Shown piece after piece: positions 1 through 12,206 of a DNA stretch of 64,000 bases; position 1 is the first letter of the stretch, and each line of letters begins with the position of its first letter. This DNA comes from Squalus acanthias (lineage: Eukaryota), in contig CM059431.1 of the NCBI GenBank assembly GCA_030390025.1, positions 127,102,001 through 127,166,000 on the forward strand, given 5' to 3'. The position numbers and the translations under genes were made by a program. The notes under the pieces were generated by a model that saw only the letters and a program-made list of their open reading frames with translations, was not told where the DNA came from and searched no databases.

Positions 1-161
1 TATACCCATAGTGTAATGGCACCTATATTATTTCTTAATGAAGAAAGATTCAGAAAATATTACAATTATTATCTTTTCTGGATTGGATTGCTGACACTCA
101 TAAGGCTACATAAATCTGTCTGAAATCCTTTGGCTGTATTATATAGATCTAGGTCATGAAC

Positions 162-1994
162 TGTAAAGTTTCCAAAATTTGCAGATCCCCAAAAATATCT
201 AAGGGAAAAAAAAATAAGGACTTTGGAACTTTAAAGGAACATGTCTGGACATGTACTGCACGTGATCTACCTCTGTGAATAGCAGGCTCGAGGATTGCAT
301 TGTCTGGGAATTCAAAGCCCAGCAAACATTAACATTTGGACAATAGGCCCTGGGAAAAGGCCGCCCCACCCAAAACACAGAACCCATAGGAATGCGAGGC
401 CCAGCAAGGAACCCAAAACATGAGAACAATGCAAGCTTCCATAATACAACAGCTCAACAGGACGCAAACCATTTGATTTGGTTTAGCATAGTTGAAGGCC
501 CATCAAAATTTAACAAGACAATGAACAGGCCTCACCTGAAACTCACTTCATTACGAAACCAGTTTTCGTGAGGAGTTTTTGGGGGGGGGGCGAAAAAGGA
601 CTATAATTGCAGCAGGACCCAAGATTTCTTTCTCTTTTGACTCGCCGACAACGCTGGCACAACGCTCCCTCTCAGCTCTGCCCAGAAGCCGCATGGTAAA
701 GGAAGACATTCGATGACCAGAATCACCATCAACTTACCTGGCTGGATTTCGTACTGTTAATACCCCTGTTTGGTGAGCATTATCCCTGATCTCCTGAAAC
801 CGAAACCTAGCTAGATAGTGGGATTTCTGGGAGGGATAAAGGTTTTTCTTGTATATTGTCATTCTCCCTCGCCGGTAACCGTGTGTTCCCCAAACCTGTT
901 TAAGTGTGAAGTGTGTTTAAGTTTGTTACCTTTTATTTTTAATAAAAGTTATAGGGGGAAAAATTCAGTTGGTTGCGCATCCCGTTAGCGCCTTAAGAGG
1001 GCGCTAATGGGGCGCAAAGCATCTAGTGCCCAGGCACGGCGAAGTTTGCGCCGCTCGCGAAATTAACTAGACATTTTGCAGCGGCGCTAAACACTACCGC
1101 CACGATCTCCTGCGCCGGCAGATCGTGACATCAGTCGAGTGCGCAACGCCCCGGTATCACCCCGGAGCGGATATTGAGTGGCGCCCCCTGCCTTACCGCC
1201 TGACGCTAGCAACGACAGGTTGAGGGGAGCGTTCTGCAGTCATGAAGGGAAAGGGGGAGCGTTATTTAAAGGTGACCGCTTCCTGCCTTTTATTGTTGGT
1301 GCCATTTTTGAACTACGCATTCTGAGAGAGAGAGACAGAGACTTCTGGAGAGATTCAACGTTGTGTGAAGGAATTTTGGGTACTGAGCAGCACTTTGCAG
1401 GTTCATTTTGATTTGCCATTCCTTGCATCGATTTAGAAGAGACTGTGGGGGCTGCACTCTGAGCTCTTTGCCTCGTACTCTCCATTGTTCTTTCCAGCAG
1501 ATTTGATGTGCAGGTCTCTCCAGGCCGAGATTCAAGGCTGCAATGAGCAGGATGTGGATGGAAAGCAAGATTAACCATCCCCTTTAAGAACTGGCCCGTG
1601 CCATTGTGTGTGTGTTCCATTGCTGACTGACATTACATGAGCTTCGCCAGCGCTCTGAGGTAGTGCCTCGCTCCTCGGCCTTTGCGCCTTAAGACAGGTG
1701 TGAAGCGCCTGATTTAGCGCTCCAATCACCTCCAGGGTCGATAAAAGTCAAGTTTGCAGTCGGTGGCGATAATTAGCGCCAGGCGCTAATCTTTACGCCC
1801 GGCCGATAATTGCGCCCCAAATGGGGCGATACTGAATTTCTCCCCCATAGTTCTTTAATCGGAATCTGTTGTCTACTGCATCTTTATTCACAACCCCTAA
1901 ATAAGTCCAAGTTTTGAACCTGGGGCGTGGGAGCGATTTGAACCGCTCACTGAGTCAGGGGAAAGGCTGACCCCTACCACCACCACCCCCTACA
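162..1994 (+). mobile_element. Solo LTR (Gypsy/ERV-like), interrupted by a Harbinger MITE at 954-1846
   Basis: Starts TGTAAAG (162) and ends CCCCTACA (1994). The 4-bp TSD GAAC lies at 158-161 and 1995-1998. AATAAA at 941-946. Both ends are similar to the minus-strand LTR at 45750-47233. Confidence 0.85.
954..1846. mobile_element. Non-autonomous PIF/Harbinger element (MITE family A)
   Basis: TIRs GGGGGAAAAATTCAGT / ACTGAATTTCTCCCCC, 3-bp TSD ATA, subterminal GCGCTAA repeats. An inverted copy lies at 33498-34400. Confidence 0.9.
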
Positions 1995-2324
1995 GAACAA
2001 ATGTAATCACCATTAGTAGGTATCCCATAATTTTGCACACAGATAGTCTGAGGTTTGGGTGTAGCAACCAGGTAGAGAATTGAGCATAGGGAGAGAACTG
2101 AAACAATTGGTCATGAAATGCAGCATATAGCCAGAGTAGAGCACTTAAGTAAACTGTGAGCTGAAGCAAGAATGGTTTAGGATAAAGCAGGGTGTTCCTG
2201 TAGCTGAGGATGGCAATGGAGGTATTCCTTGGGTTGAGGTTGCGACAGACGGTTTGCGAGAGCAACTGTTTCTGTTCTCTATAACATACTGTATGTTTTT
2301 GGTGAAAAACAGTGTTAAAAATTA

Positions 2325-2896
2325 AGAAAGAAAGACTTGCATTTATGTAGCTCTTTTCACAACCTCGGGATGTCCCAGAGCGCTTTTGAACTTTTGCTTT
2401 TTATATTTCAGAGTTCCAGCTTCCGTGGTATGTTGCCTTTGTAAAGAAAAAAATGACTTGCATTTATATAGCGCCATTCACAGCCCCAAAGCACTTTACA
2501 GCCAATTAAGTACTTTTTGAAGTGAAGTCACTTTGTAGTGTAGGAAATGCAGCAGCCAATTTCTGCACAGCAAGCTCCAACAAACATCAATGTGATAATG
2601 ACCAAATAATCTGTTTTAGTTATGTTGATTGCAGGATAAATATTGGCCAGAACACCGGGAATAACTCCCTGGCTCTTCTTTGAAATAGTGCAATGGGATC
2701 TTTTACATCCACCTGAGAGCATACGGGGCCTGGTTTAATGTCTCATTGGAAAGACGGCACCTCCGACAGTGCAGCAATCCCTCAGCACTGCACTGGAGTG
2801 TCAGCCTAGATTTTTGTGCTCAAATCTCTGGAGGGGGACTTGAACCCACAACCTTCTGACTCAGAGTTGAGGGTGCTACCAGCTGGGCCATGGCTG
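2325..2896 (-). mobile_element. tRNA-derived SINE (HE1-like) with an extra tail fragment
   Basis: The minus strand shows a tRNA-like head (A box region, GGTTCAAGTCCC B box) and the tail ATATAAATGCAAGTC. Same family as 15608, 39871 and 55603. Confidence 0.8.
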
Positions 2897-3104
2897 TATT
2901 AGTATTTAATACACTGCCACTTCTCTTCCAGGAATGCCCATTTTGAAGAAGTTCTACTCTTCTCTCCGACAGGATTTCAGTTTGTCTCTTTTACCTTGTT
3001 CACCTTCCATTGCTTTCTGTTTCTTTTCTCGTGTTTGATCAGGCAACTGTCTCCGGCTCTGTCTTATTCCACGTGGATTCCAACTGAAATTCCACCCTTC
3101 ACTT

Positions 3105-3893
3105 ATCCACTTCGGTAGGAAAAACAGAAAGGCAGAGTATTATTTAAATGGTGATAGATTGAAAAATGTTGATGTACAAAGGGACCTGGGTGTCCTTGTA
3201 CACCAGTCACATGCAGGTGCAGAAAGCAGTTAGGAAGGCAAATGGTATGTTGGCCTTCATTGCAAGAGGATTTGAGTACAGGAGCAAGGATGTCTTACTA
3301 CAGTTATACAGGGCCTTGGTGAGACTGCACCTGGAGTACTGTGTGCAGTTTTGGTCTCCTTACCTAAGAAAGAATATATTTGCCATAAAGTGAGTGCAGC
3401 GAAGGTTCACCAGACTGATTCCTGGGATGGCAGGACTGTCTTATGAGGAGAGATTGTGTCGACTAGGCCTGTATTCACTAGAGTTTAGAAGAATGAGAGG
3501 GGATCTCATTGAAATGTATGAAATTCTGTCAGGGCTAGACAGACTGATGCAGGGAGGATGTTTCCCCTGGCTGGGGGGTCTAGAACGAGGGGTCACAGTC
3601 TCAGAATATGGGGTAGGACATTTAGGATAGAGATGAGGAGAAATGTCTTCACTCAGAGGGTGGTGAACCTGTGGACTTCTCTACCACAGAAGGCTATGGA
3701 GGCCAAGTCACTGAATATATTTAAGAAGGAGATAGATAGTTTTCTAGACACAAAAGGCATTAAGGGGTATGGGGAGAGAGCGGGAATATGGTATTGAGAT
3801 AGAGGATCAGCCATGATCATATTGAATGGCGGAGCAGGCTCGAAGGGCCACATGGCCTACTCCTGCTCCTATTTTTCTATGTTTCTATGTTTC
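3105..3893 (+). mobile_element. CR1 LINE 3' fragment (decayed ORF2 C-terminus and 3' tail)
   Basis: Peptides LYRALVRLHLEYCVQFWSPY, RGDLIE and FTQRVVNLW; tail TTTCTATGTTTCTATG. Confidence 0.92.
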
Positions 3894-3934
3894 ATATTTC
3901 AGATCCACCTATGGTTACAGGTAGCTCCATGATA

Positions 3935-6150
3935 TTTAGTGTTCCTCAAGCCATTGCTCTCGCTGCCTCCTGAGATCCATGCTCAACGCCATGCGCTGCC
4001 ACCTGCATGCTTTCCACCTCTCTTTTCAGCAGCACCGACTCACTCTATTTCAGAGTTGTCCTGGTCTGCAGTTCAATTTCATCCTTCGCCTCATAAGGCG
4101 CATTAACAGAAAACTATTTATCTTTCTTTTAGGTGCCAAGAGCCGCAAGCTTCAACCACTCTTGAATATCCTTCTTCCCCTTCACTTTCCTCTGATCCCA
4201 GCCCTCCTTCCAATCTCACCCCTTGCCCTGTTTTCACTATCCCCTCTGGCCTTCCCCTCTCTGACCCTGAACCATTAACCCCCAGCAAAGGCCTCTGTTT
4301 CATCCCCTTATGCCCCCACTTCAATCAATTTTAAGCTCGGCGCGATGCTGAAGTCTTCTTCCATCGCCTTCACCACTGCGCCCACTTCTCCCTTTCTCCT
4401 GTCTTCAGAATTCTCATTCCACCTGGACCCCTCTCTCTGGCATCTTACCTTCTCTAGATCTTTTCATTGGGAACTGCAGGTGTGACATAAGCCGTCTCAA
4501 TTTCTCTACTCCCTTCACTCATTCTAACTTACCTCCCTCTGATCTTGCAGCACTCCATTCTCTCAGGTCCAACCCGAACATTGTCATTAAACCTGCTGAC
4601 AAGAGCATCGCTGTTGTTGTTTGGCGAACAGAATTCTACCTTGTGAAGGCTGAACGCCATCTCTCCGACACCTCCTCTACCTCCTCCTGGACCACAGCCC
4701 CACCACTGAATTTCAAGCCATTGTTTCCCAGACCGTCACTGACCTCATCTGCTCTGGAGATCTTCCCCACACGGCCTCCAAACTCATAGTCCCCCAAACC
4801 CACACAGCCAGCTTCTACCTCCTTCCCAAGATCCATAAATAGGACTGCCCTGGTAGACCCATCATTTCAGCCTGTTCTTGCCCCACGGAATGGATTTCTT
4901 CCTATCTCAACTTCATATGCCTTTTCTTGGGATATGTGGAACATTCTTTGTTCCAGTCCGCAACTCTTCTAATGCTCTCTGCTGCTTTAACAGTTTACAG
5001 TTTCCTGGCCCAAAGCGTCCTCTTTTTACCATGGACATCTCGTCCCTCTACACCTCCATCCCCCACCAGGATGGCTGCGGATGCTCCACTTCTTCCTTGA
5101 ATGGAGACCCAACCAGTCCCCATCCACCACCACCCTCCTCCACCTGGCTGAACTTGTTCTTACATTGAACAACTATTCCTTTGATTCCTCTCACTTTCTC
5201 CATATAAAAGCTGTTGCTATGGGAACCCATATGCCTTTTCGTGGGATATGTGGAACATTCTTTGTTCCAGTCCTACTCGGATCCCCTCACTCACCTCTTA
5301 TTCTGAAGGGACCGTTCCCTCCGCCACACCCTGGTCCACTCTTAAATCACCCCTAACACACACTCCCCTTCCCATGGCACCTTCCCATGCAAGTGCAGGA
5401 GATGTAACACCTGCCTTTTCACCTCCTCCCTTCCCACCGTCCAGGACCCCAAACACTTCTTCCAGGTGAAACAACAATTTACTTGTATTTCTTTCAATTT
5501 AGTATACTCTATTCACTGCTCACAATGTGGTCTCCATTGAGGAGACAAAACGCAGATAGGGTGATCACTTTGCTGAACACCTCCATTCAGTTCGTAAGTG
5601 TAACCCTGAGCTTCCGGTCGCTTGCCAGTTAATTCTCCATCCCACTCCCATTCTGACCTCGCTGCCCTTGGCCTCCTACACTGTTTCAATGAAGCTCAAC
5701 GTAAGCTCGAGGAACAGCACCTCATCTTTCAATTAGGCACTTTACAGCCTTCCAGACTCAACATAGAGTTCAGCCATTTCAGACCATAGCCACTGCTCCC
5801 ATTTTTTCGGACAGCAACTGCTGGTAATGGTTCTGCTGTTGCCATTTACAGCTCCTCTAGATCCATCTTTTGTTTCTTTACTTGTCCCAGCACCACCCCC
5901 TTTTGCCTTGCACCATGATAACTTTTGTCATTTAATCTCTCCTGCCTTCCACCCTATCAAAGACCTTAGCTTTTGTTCTTTCTTCTCCTGCCCCCTTTCC
6001 CTGCCTCTGTCCTTGCTCAAAACCTGTTACATCTGTAAGGTTTTCCAGTTCTGATGAAAGGTCATCGACCAGAAATGTTAACTCTGTTTCATTTCTGCAC
6101 AGATGATGTCTGACCTGCTGAGTATTTATAGCATTTTCTGTTTATATAAA
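3935..6150 (+). mobile_element. Decayed Penelope-like element (RT/GIY-YIG) with 3' hammerhead
   Basis: Nucleotide similarity to 12207-14765 (IKPADK, TMDISSLYTSIPH, EQHLIF). Frameshifts and internal deletions. CTGATGA-AGGTCATCGACC-AGAAA at about 6051-6075. Confidence 0.88.
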
Positions 6151-6408
6151 TACTTTTGAAGGGTAGTCGCTATTGTAATGTAGGGAAACGCAGCAGCTAA
6201 TTTCCGTAGAAGCAAGCTTCCACAAGCAGCAACGAAATAAATGACCAGATCATCTGTTTTAGGTTTTGATTGAGAGAGAAATGTTGACTAGGAAACCCCA
6301 GCTCTTCCTTGAATAGTGCCATGTTATCGTTTACGTCTACCTGAGAGGGCTGGTTTAATGTCTCATCCGAAAGACGGCACCTCCGACAGTGTAGCATTCC
6401 CTCAGTAA
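6150..6408 (-). mobile_element. Partial HE1-like SINE
   Basis: Matches the body of the SINE at 2450-2896 (GAAAGACGGCACCTCCGACAGTG). Confidence 0.75.
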
Positions 6409-6773
6409 TGGCCAGATATCAGTAGCAGACCAGCCACCTGTTATATGCCCCACCTGATTTTCCTTTCCTTTCACTTCAACCGGGCGGACTGTATTGCAGG
6501 CGGCCGATCCCCAATCAGCAGTTTACCACTCTGCCGAATGCGAAAATTACCCCTGTTATTTTTCTGTCAAAATAACCTCAGGAAATTCATGTTTTTCTCT
6601 GGGTTCATGTTTTGATACCAAATAAAGTGAGAGCTACCCTCAAGGTGTCCGTCCATTCTAATGTTGGATTCCCTAGGTTTTAGTTGTCAGTCCTTTTCTA
6701 TCAATGGGAGGAAAGTGGTGAGATTAGGAGTTGCAGTACTCTCTGTGAATGGCCAGTTTTACTGTGAGTCATT

Positions 6774-7437
6774 GGCCCAAAAATTAGTGAGGGAGCCTTC
6801 GTGCGAGGGTAAGGCTTCCCCGCGATCTCTCACTGCGCGCTGGCTTTTTCAGTCCCAGCTCGCACGAACTTGATGTTCTGGACAGCAGCTGGGCAGTGCT
6901 TCCGTATCCCACAGGCGCAGTTAATTCGTGCGAGCTGTGGGATCACGTGACTCAGTTAGAGCCAATGGCAGCACACCATCTTTCATTCATAGCTTTCACA
7001 TAAGTGCTGTGAAAGCTATGAAACTATACCCCCCAAAAGAACAGCTAAACCTCAATTAAATTTTTTTTTAAAACCATCACATTAATAAAATAAGTATAGT
7101 TAAATAAATTAACCATTTTAAACAAAAAATTAAATTTTTGAAAAAATTTAAAATCTTTTAAAAAGTTATAAAAATAAACTTACCTGTCTTTAAAGTCTCT
7201 AAAAAAGATATACCTGTTAAAAAAAATTCAAAATAATACTTAATTAACTACTTACCTTGTTAAAAGAGGGTCTTACGCCTCCTTTCTTTATGTCTAAAAT
7301 GTTCTATGCTTACCTGCGCGTTCAAAGCACTAAGTGCACAGCGTGCGCGCAGCCTGTAGCGCGCACGCGGTTCACCTAGGAACCGCCCCCTTTTGAATTC
7401 ACCAAGTGCCGGTTTTCAGCGCACTAATTTTTGGGCC
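6774..7437. mobile_element. Harbinger-type MITE (family B, AT-rich core)
   Basis: 16-bp TIR GGCCCAAAAATTAGTG / CACTAATTTTTGGGCC, TSD ATT. A related inverted copy lies at about 26725-27446. Confidence 0.88.
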
Positions 7438-7569
7438 ATTAAAATAATCATGGTGTTCCTTACGCCCTCCTAAAGGTAATGATATTCAATTCAACAGGTT
7501 CAGAAGGGGAATAGCTTCATCTTAATTCTGGGAGTTGTAGTTCAGTATCTGGTTGTGCCTCTTCATTCA

Positions 7570-9746
7570 GAGAAACTTGCTTGGGAGACTACACTAAAAG
7601 GTATGAAGGTGGACATACAATGGCTAACATTCAAGGAAATAATGCATAATTTGCAACAAACATATATTCCTCTGAGGCATAAAAACCCAAAAGGAAAAGT
7701 GATCCAACCATGGCTAACACAAGAAATTAAAGATGGTATTAAGTCAAAGGAGGAAGCTTATAAAGTTGCCAGAAAAAGCAGTCAGCCTGAGGATTGGGAT
7801 CTTTTTAGCAATCAGCAAAGGAGGACCAAGAAATTGATAAAGAAAGGGAAAATGGAATATGAGCACAAACTAGCGAAAAATATAACAACGGATTGTAAAA
7901 GTTTCTATAGGTATGTGAAAAGGAAAAGACTGGCGAAGGTAAATGTAGGTCCTTTACAGTCAGAGACAGGAGAATTTATAATGCGGAATGAGGAAATGGC
8001 AGAGAAATTAAATAAATACTTTGTTTCTGTCTTCACGGAGGAAGACACAAAAAACCTCCCAGAAATACGAGAAAACCAAGGGTGTGGAGAGAATGAGGAA
8101 CTTAAAGAAATTATTATTAGCAAAAAAACAGTACTAGCAAAATTAATGGGACTAAAAGTCGATAACTCCCAAGGACTGGATGACCTACATCCTAGGGTTT
8201 TGAAAGAGGTGGCCATTGGGATAGTGGACACATTGGTTGTCATCTTCCAAATTCTATAGATTCTGGAATGGTTCCTGCAGATTGGAGGATAGCAAATGTA
8301 ACCCCGCTATTTAAGAAAGGAGGGAGAGAGAAAACGGGGAACTACAGACCTGTTAGCCTCACATCAATAGTTGGGAAAATGCTGGAATCTATTATAAAGG
8401 ATGCAATAACTGGGCACTTAGAAACTAATAGTAAGATTGGGCAGAGTCAACATGGTTTTATGAAAGGGAAATCCTGTTTGACAAACCTATTGGAGTTCTT
8501 TGAGGATGTAACTAGTGGAGTGGACAAAGGGGAACCGGTAGATGTGGTGTATTTGGATTTTCAGTAGGCCTTCGATAATGTCCCACACAAGAGGTTGGTG
8601 AACAAAATTAGGGCACATGGAATTGGGGGGAATATACTAGCATGGATTGAGAATTGGTTAACAGACAGAAAACAAAGAGTAGGGATAAACGGGTCTTTTT
8701 CAGGAAGGCAGGCTGTGACTAGTGGGGTACCGCAAGGATCGGTGCTTGGGCCCCCGCTATTCACAATCTATATCAATGATTTGGATGAGGGAACTAAATG
8801 TAACATTTCCAAATTTGCTGATGACACAAAGCTAGGTGGCAGTGTCAGTTGCGAAGAAGATGTGAAGAGGCTTCAAGGGGATCGCGACAGGCTCAGTGAG
8901 TGGGCGAGAACATGGCAGATGGAATATAATGTGGATAAATGTGAAGTTATCCACTTTGGTAGAAAAAACAGAAAGGTAGAGTATTTCCTAAATGGTGAAA
9001 GATTGGGGAATGCAGATGCTCAAAGGGTGCTGGGTGTCCTTGTACATGAGTCACCGAAAGTGAATGTGCAGGTGCAGCAAGCCATTAGGAAGGCAAATGG
9101 TATGCTGGCCTTCATTACAAGAGGATTTGAGTACAGGAGTAAAGAAGTCTTACTCCAATTATATAGGGCCTTAGTGAGACCACACCTGGAGTACTGTGTA
9201 CAATTTTGGTCTCCTTACCTAAGGAAGGATATACTTGCCATAGAGGTAGTGCAACGAAGGTTCAGGAGATTGATTCCTGGGATGGCGGGACTGTCGTATG
9301 AGAAGAGATTGAGTAAACTAGGCTTGTGTTCTCTTGAATTCAGAAGAATGGAGAGGGAATCTCATTGAAGCATACAAAATTATTACATGGCTTGATAGGG
9401 TGGATGCTGGGAGAATGTTTCCCTTGGCTGGGGAGTCTAGAACCAGGGACCACAGCCTCAGGATAAAGGGTAGGCCATTCAGGACTGAAATGAGAAGAAA
9501 TGTCTTCACACAGAGGGTGGTGAATCTTTGGAATTCTCTACCCCAGAGGGCTTTGGAGGCTCAGTCATTGGGTATATTCAAAACAGAAGTCGATAGATTT
9601 CTGACTAGTAAGGGCATCAAGGGATATGGCGATAGGGCCGGTGAATGGAGTTGAGGCAGAAGATCAGCCATGATCTCATTGAATGGCAGAGCAGGCTCAA
9701 AGGGCCGAATGGCCTACTCCTGCTCCTATTTCTTATGTTCTTATGT
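7570..9746 (+). mobile_element. CR1 LINE, 5'-truncated; ORF2 RT broken by a frameshift and a stop
   Basis: ORFs 7555-8259, 8268-8567 and 8595-9368 carry [19 protein letters not shown] and KFADDTKL; tail TTCTTATGTTCTTATG. Confidence 0.95.
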
Positions 9747-9789
9747 AAACTTCAGATGCAAGGATAGCTTTTTTATTCCAAGAGTGTTT

Positions 9790-9906
9790 TTTCTAACTGA
9801 ATTCAAATTCTCAAGCTTCCATGGTGGGATTTGAAGTGATGTTCGATTTGATTATTAGTCCAGGCCTCTGGATTACGAGTCCAGTGACATTACCACAACA
9901 CTACCA
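9790..9906 (-). mobile_element. 5' head of a second tRNA-derived SINE (SacSINE1-like)
   Basis: The minus strand reads GTGGTAATGTCACTGGACTCGTAATCCAGAGGCC...TTCAAATCCCACCATGG. The family assignment is from memory of shark SINE heads. Confidence 0.6.
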
Positions 9907-10294
9907 TGTCCGTTAATTTGCATGCCCTATATCTTTCACATACATGCACACAATTTATTTCTCTTTCAGTATCAAATTGCGTCCCCATGTGAATTCAGTT
10001 GTATTAATCTGCTATAGCTCTGCTACATGCTAAAACAAAACCATCTGTCATCATGTGCAATCAGATCACAGGCACAAATGCATGGAGATTACCTCAATTA
10101 CTGCTGTTATGGTGATGGGATTGTTTCTACCAGTATTACCACAGCATTACTATTAAGTGAGAATTAATTGAGAGGAAGCATTAGAAAATAAAATGCAGAA
10201 GGAAAACTGATGCTTTTAAAGGAGGTATAATAATAGGGACATTTTAACAAAGTGGGTCTCAGGGCCCCTCAGTGAGGCGTTCAGCACCCTCAGC

Positions 10295-11950
10295 TCCGAT
10301 CACCAGCCTCCCCCCGACCCTCCCGATCACCAGCCACCCCTCAACGCTCCCGATCACCAGCCTCTACCCCCACCTGATCACCAGCCTCCCCACGAGCCTC
10401 CCGATCACCAGCCTCCCCCCCCGACCCTCCCGATCACCAGCCTCCCCCCCGACCCTCCCGATCACCAGCCTCCCCCCCACCCTCCCGATCATCAGCCTCC
10501 TCCCCGACCCTCCCGATCACCAGCCTCCCCCCCCGACCCTCCCAATCACCAGCCTCCCCCCGACCCTCCCGATCACCAGCCTCCCCCCGACCCTCCCGAT
10601 CACCAGCCTCCCCCCCGACCCTCCCGATCACCAGCCTCCCCCCCGACCCTCCCGATCACCAGCCTCCCCCCAGCCCTCCCGATCACCAGCCTCCCCCCCA
10701 CCCTCCCGATCACCAGCCTCCCCCCCCGGTCCCTCCCGATCACCAGCCTCCCCCCCAGCCCCCCCGATCACCAGCCTCCCCCCCGACCCTCCCGATCACC
10801 AGCCTCCCCCCGACCCTCCCAATCACCAGCCTCCCCCCCACCCCCCCCGATCACCAGCCTCCCCCCCGACCCTCCCGATCACCAGCCTCCCCCCGACCCT
10901 CCCGATCACCAGCCTCCCCCCCAGCCCTCCCGATCACCAGCCTCCCCCCGACCCTCCCGATCACCAGCCTCCCCCCCAACCCTCCCAATCACCAGCCTCC
11001 CCCCCGACCCTCCCGATCACCAGCCTCTACCCCCGACCCTCCCGATCACCAGCCTCCCCCCCACCCTCCCGATCACCAGCCTCCCCCCCAGCCTCCCGAT
11101 CACCAGCCTCCCCGCCGACCCTCCCGATCACCAGCCTCCCCCCCACCCTCCCGATCACCAGCCTCCCCCCGACCCTCCCGATCACCAGCCTCCCCCCAGC
11201 CCTCCCGATCACCAGCCTCCCCCCCCCACCCTCCCGATCACCAGCCTCCCCCCCCGTCCCTCCCGATCACCAGCCTCCCCCCCAGCCCCCCCGATCACCA
11301 GCCTCCCCCCCGACCCTCCCGATCACCAGCCTCCCCCCGACCCTCCCAATCACCAGCCTCCCCCCCGACCCTCCCGATCACCAGCCTCCCCCCGACCCTC
11401 CCGATCACCAGCCTCCCCCCCAGCCCCCCCGATCACCAGCCTCTCCCCAACCCTCCCAATCACCAGCCTCCCCCCCGACCCTCCCGATCACCAGCCTCCC
11501 CCCCAGCCCTCCCGATCACCAGCCTCCCCCCCGACCCTCCCGATCACCAGCCTCCCCCCCACCCTCCCGATCACCAGCCTCCCCCCCACCCTCCCGATCA
11601 CCAGCCTCCCCCCCCGACCCTCCCGATCGCCAGCCTCTACCCCCGACCCTCCCGATCACCAGCCTCCCCCCCGACCCTCCCGATCACCAGCCTCCCCCCC
11701 ACCCTCCCGATCGCCAGCCTCTACCCCCGACCCTCCCGATCACCAGCCTCCCCCCCGACCCTCCCGATCACCAGCCTCCCCCCCACCCTCCCGATCGCCA
11801 GCCTCTACTCCCGTCCCTCCCGATCACCAGCCTCCCCCCGTCCCTCCCGATTACCAGCCTCCCCGCCAGCCCCCCCGATCACCAGCCTCCCCCGACCCTC
11901 CCGATCACCAGCCTCCCCCCCCAGCCCTCCAGATTGCCAGCTTCCCCCCA
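10295..11950. repeat. C-rich minisatellite, unit about 26-28 bp (CCGACCCTCCCGATCACCAGCCTCCCC), about 60 copies
   Basis: Direct tandem repetition with variable C-run length. Confidence 0.97.
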
Positions 11951-12206
11951 GTCCACGCTTTGAACCCCCTGCTACTAGTACGATAGCAAAATACTGCAGA
12001 TGCTGGAAATCCGAAATAACAACAGAAAACGCTGGAAAAACTCAGCAGGCCAGGCAGCATCCGTGGAGAGAGAAAGAGAGTTGACGTTTCAGGTCGATGA
12101 CCTTTCATCAGAACTGGGAAGAGCTGGAAATCAAATAGATTTAAGGCCAGGGTAAAGCTGGGAAAAGGGGGAGGGGATAAAGGAACAAAGGAGGAGATGA
12201 AGAGAC

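Noticed and set aside
1178..1620. Short ORFs repeated at 33887-34176
   Set aside because: They recur only because both lie in copies of MITE A, and their lengths and frames are not conserved.
10295..11950. CRISPR-like repeat array
   Set aside because: There are no unique spacers and no cas genes, and the context is eukaryotic.
10272..11963. 563-aa proline-rich ORF
   Set aside because: It is the translation of a stop-free minisatellite whose register drifts with C-run length. There is no evidence of coding.
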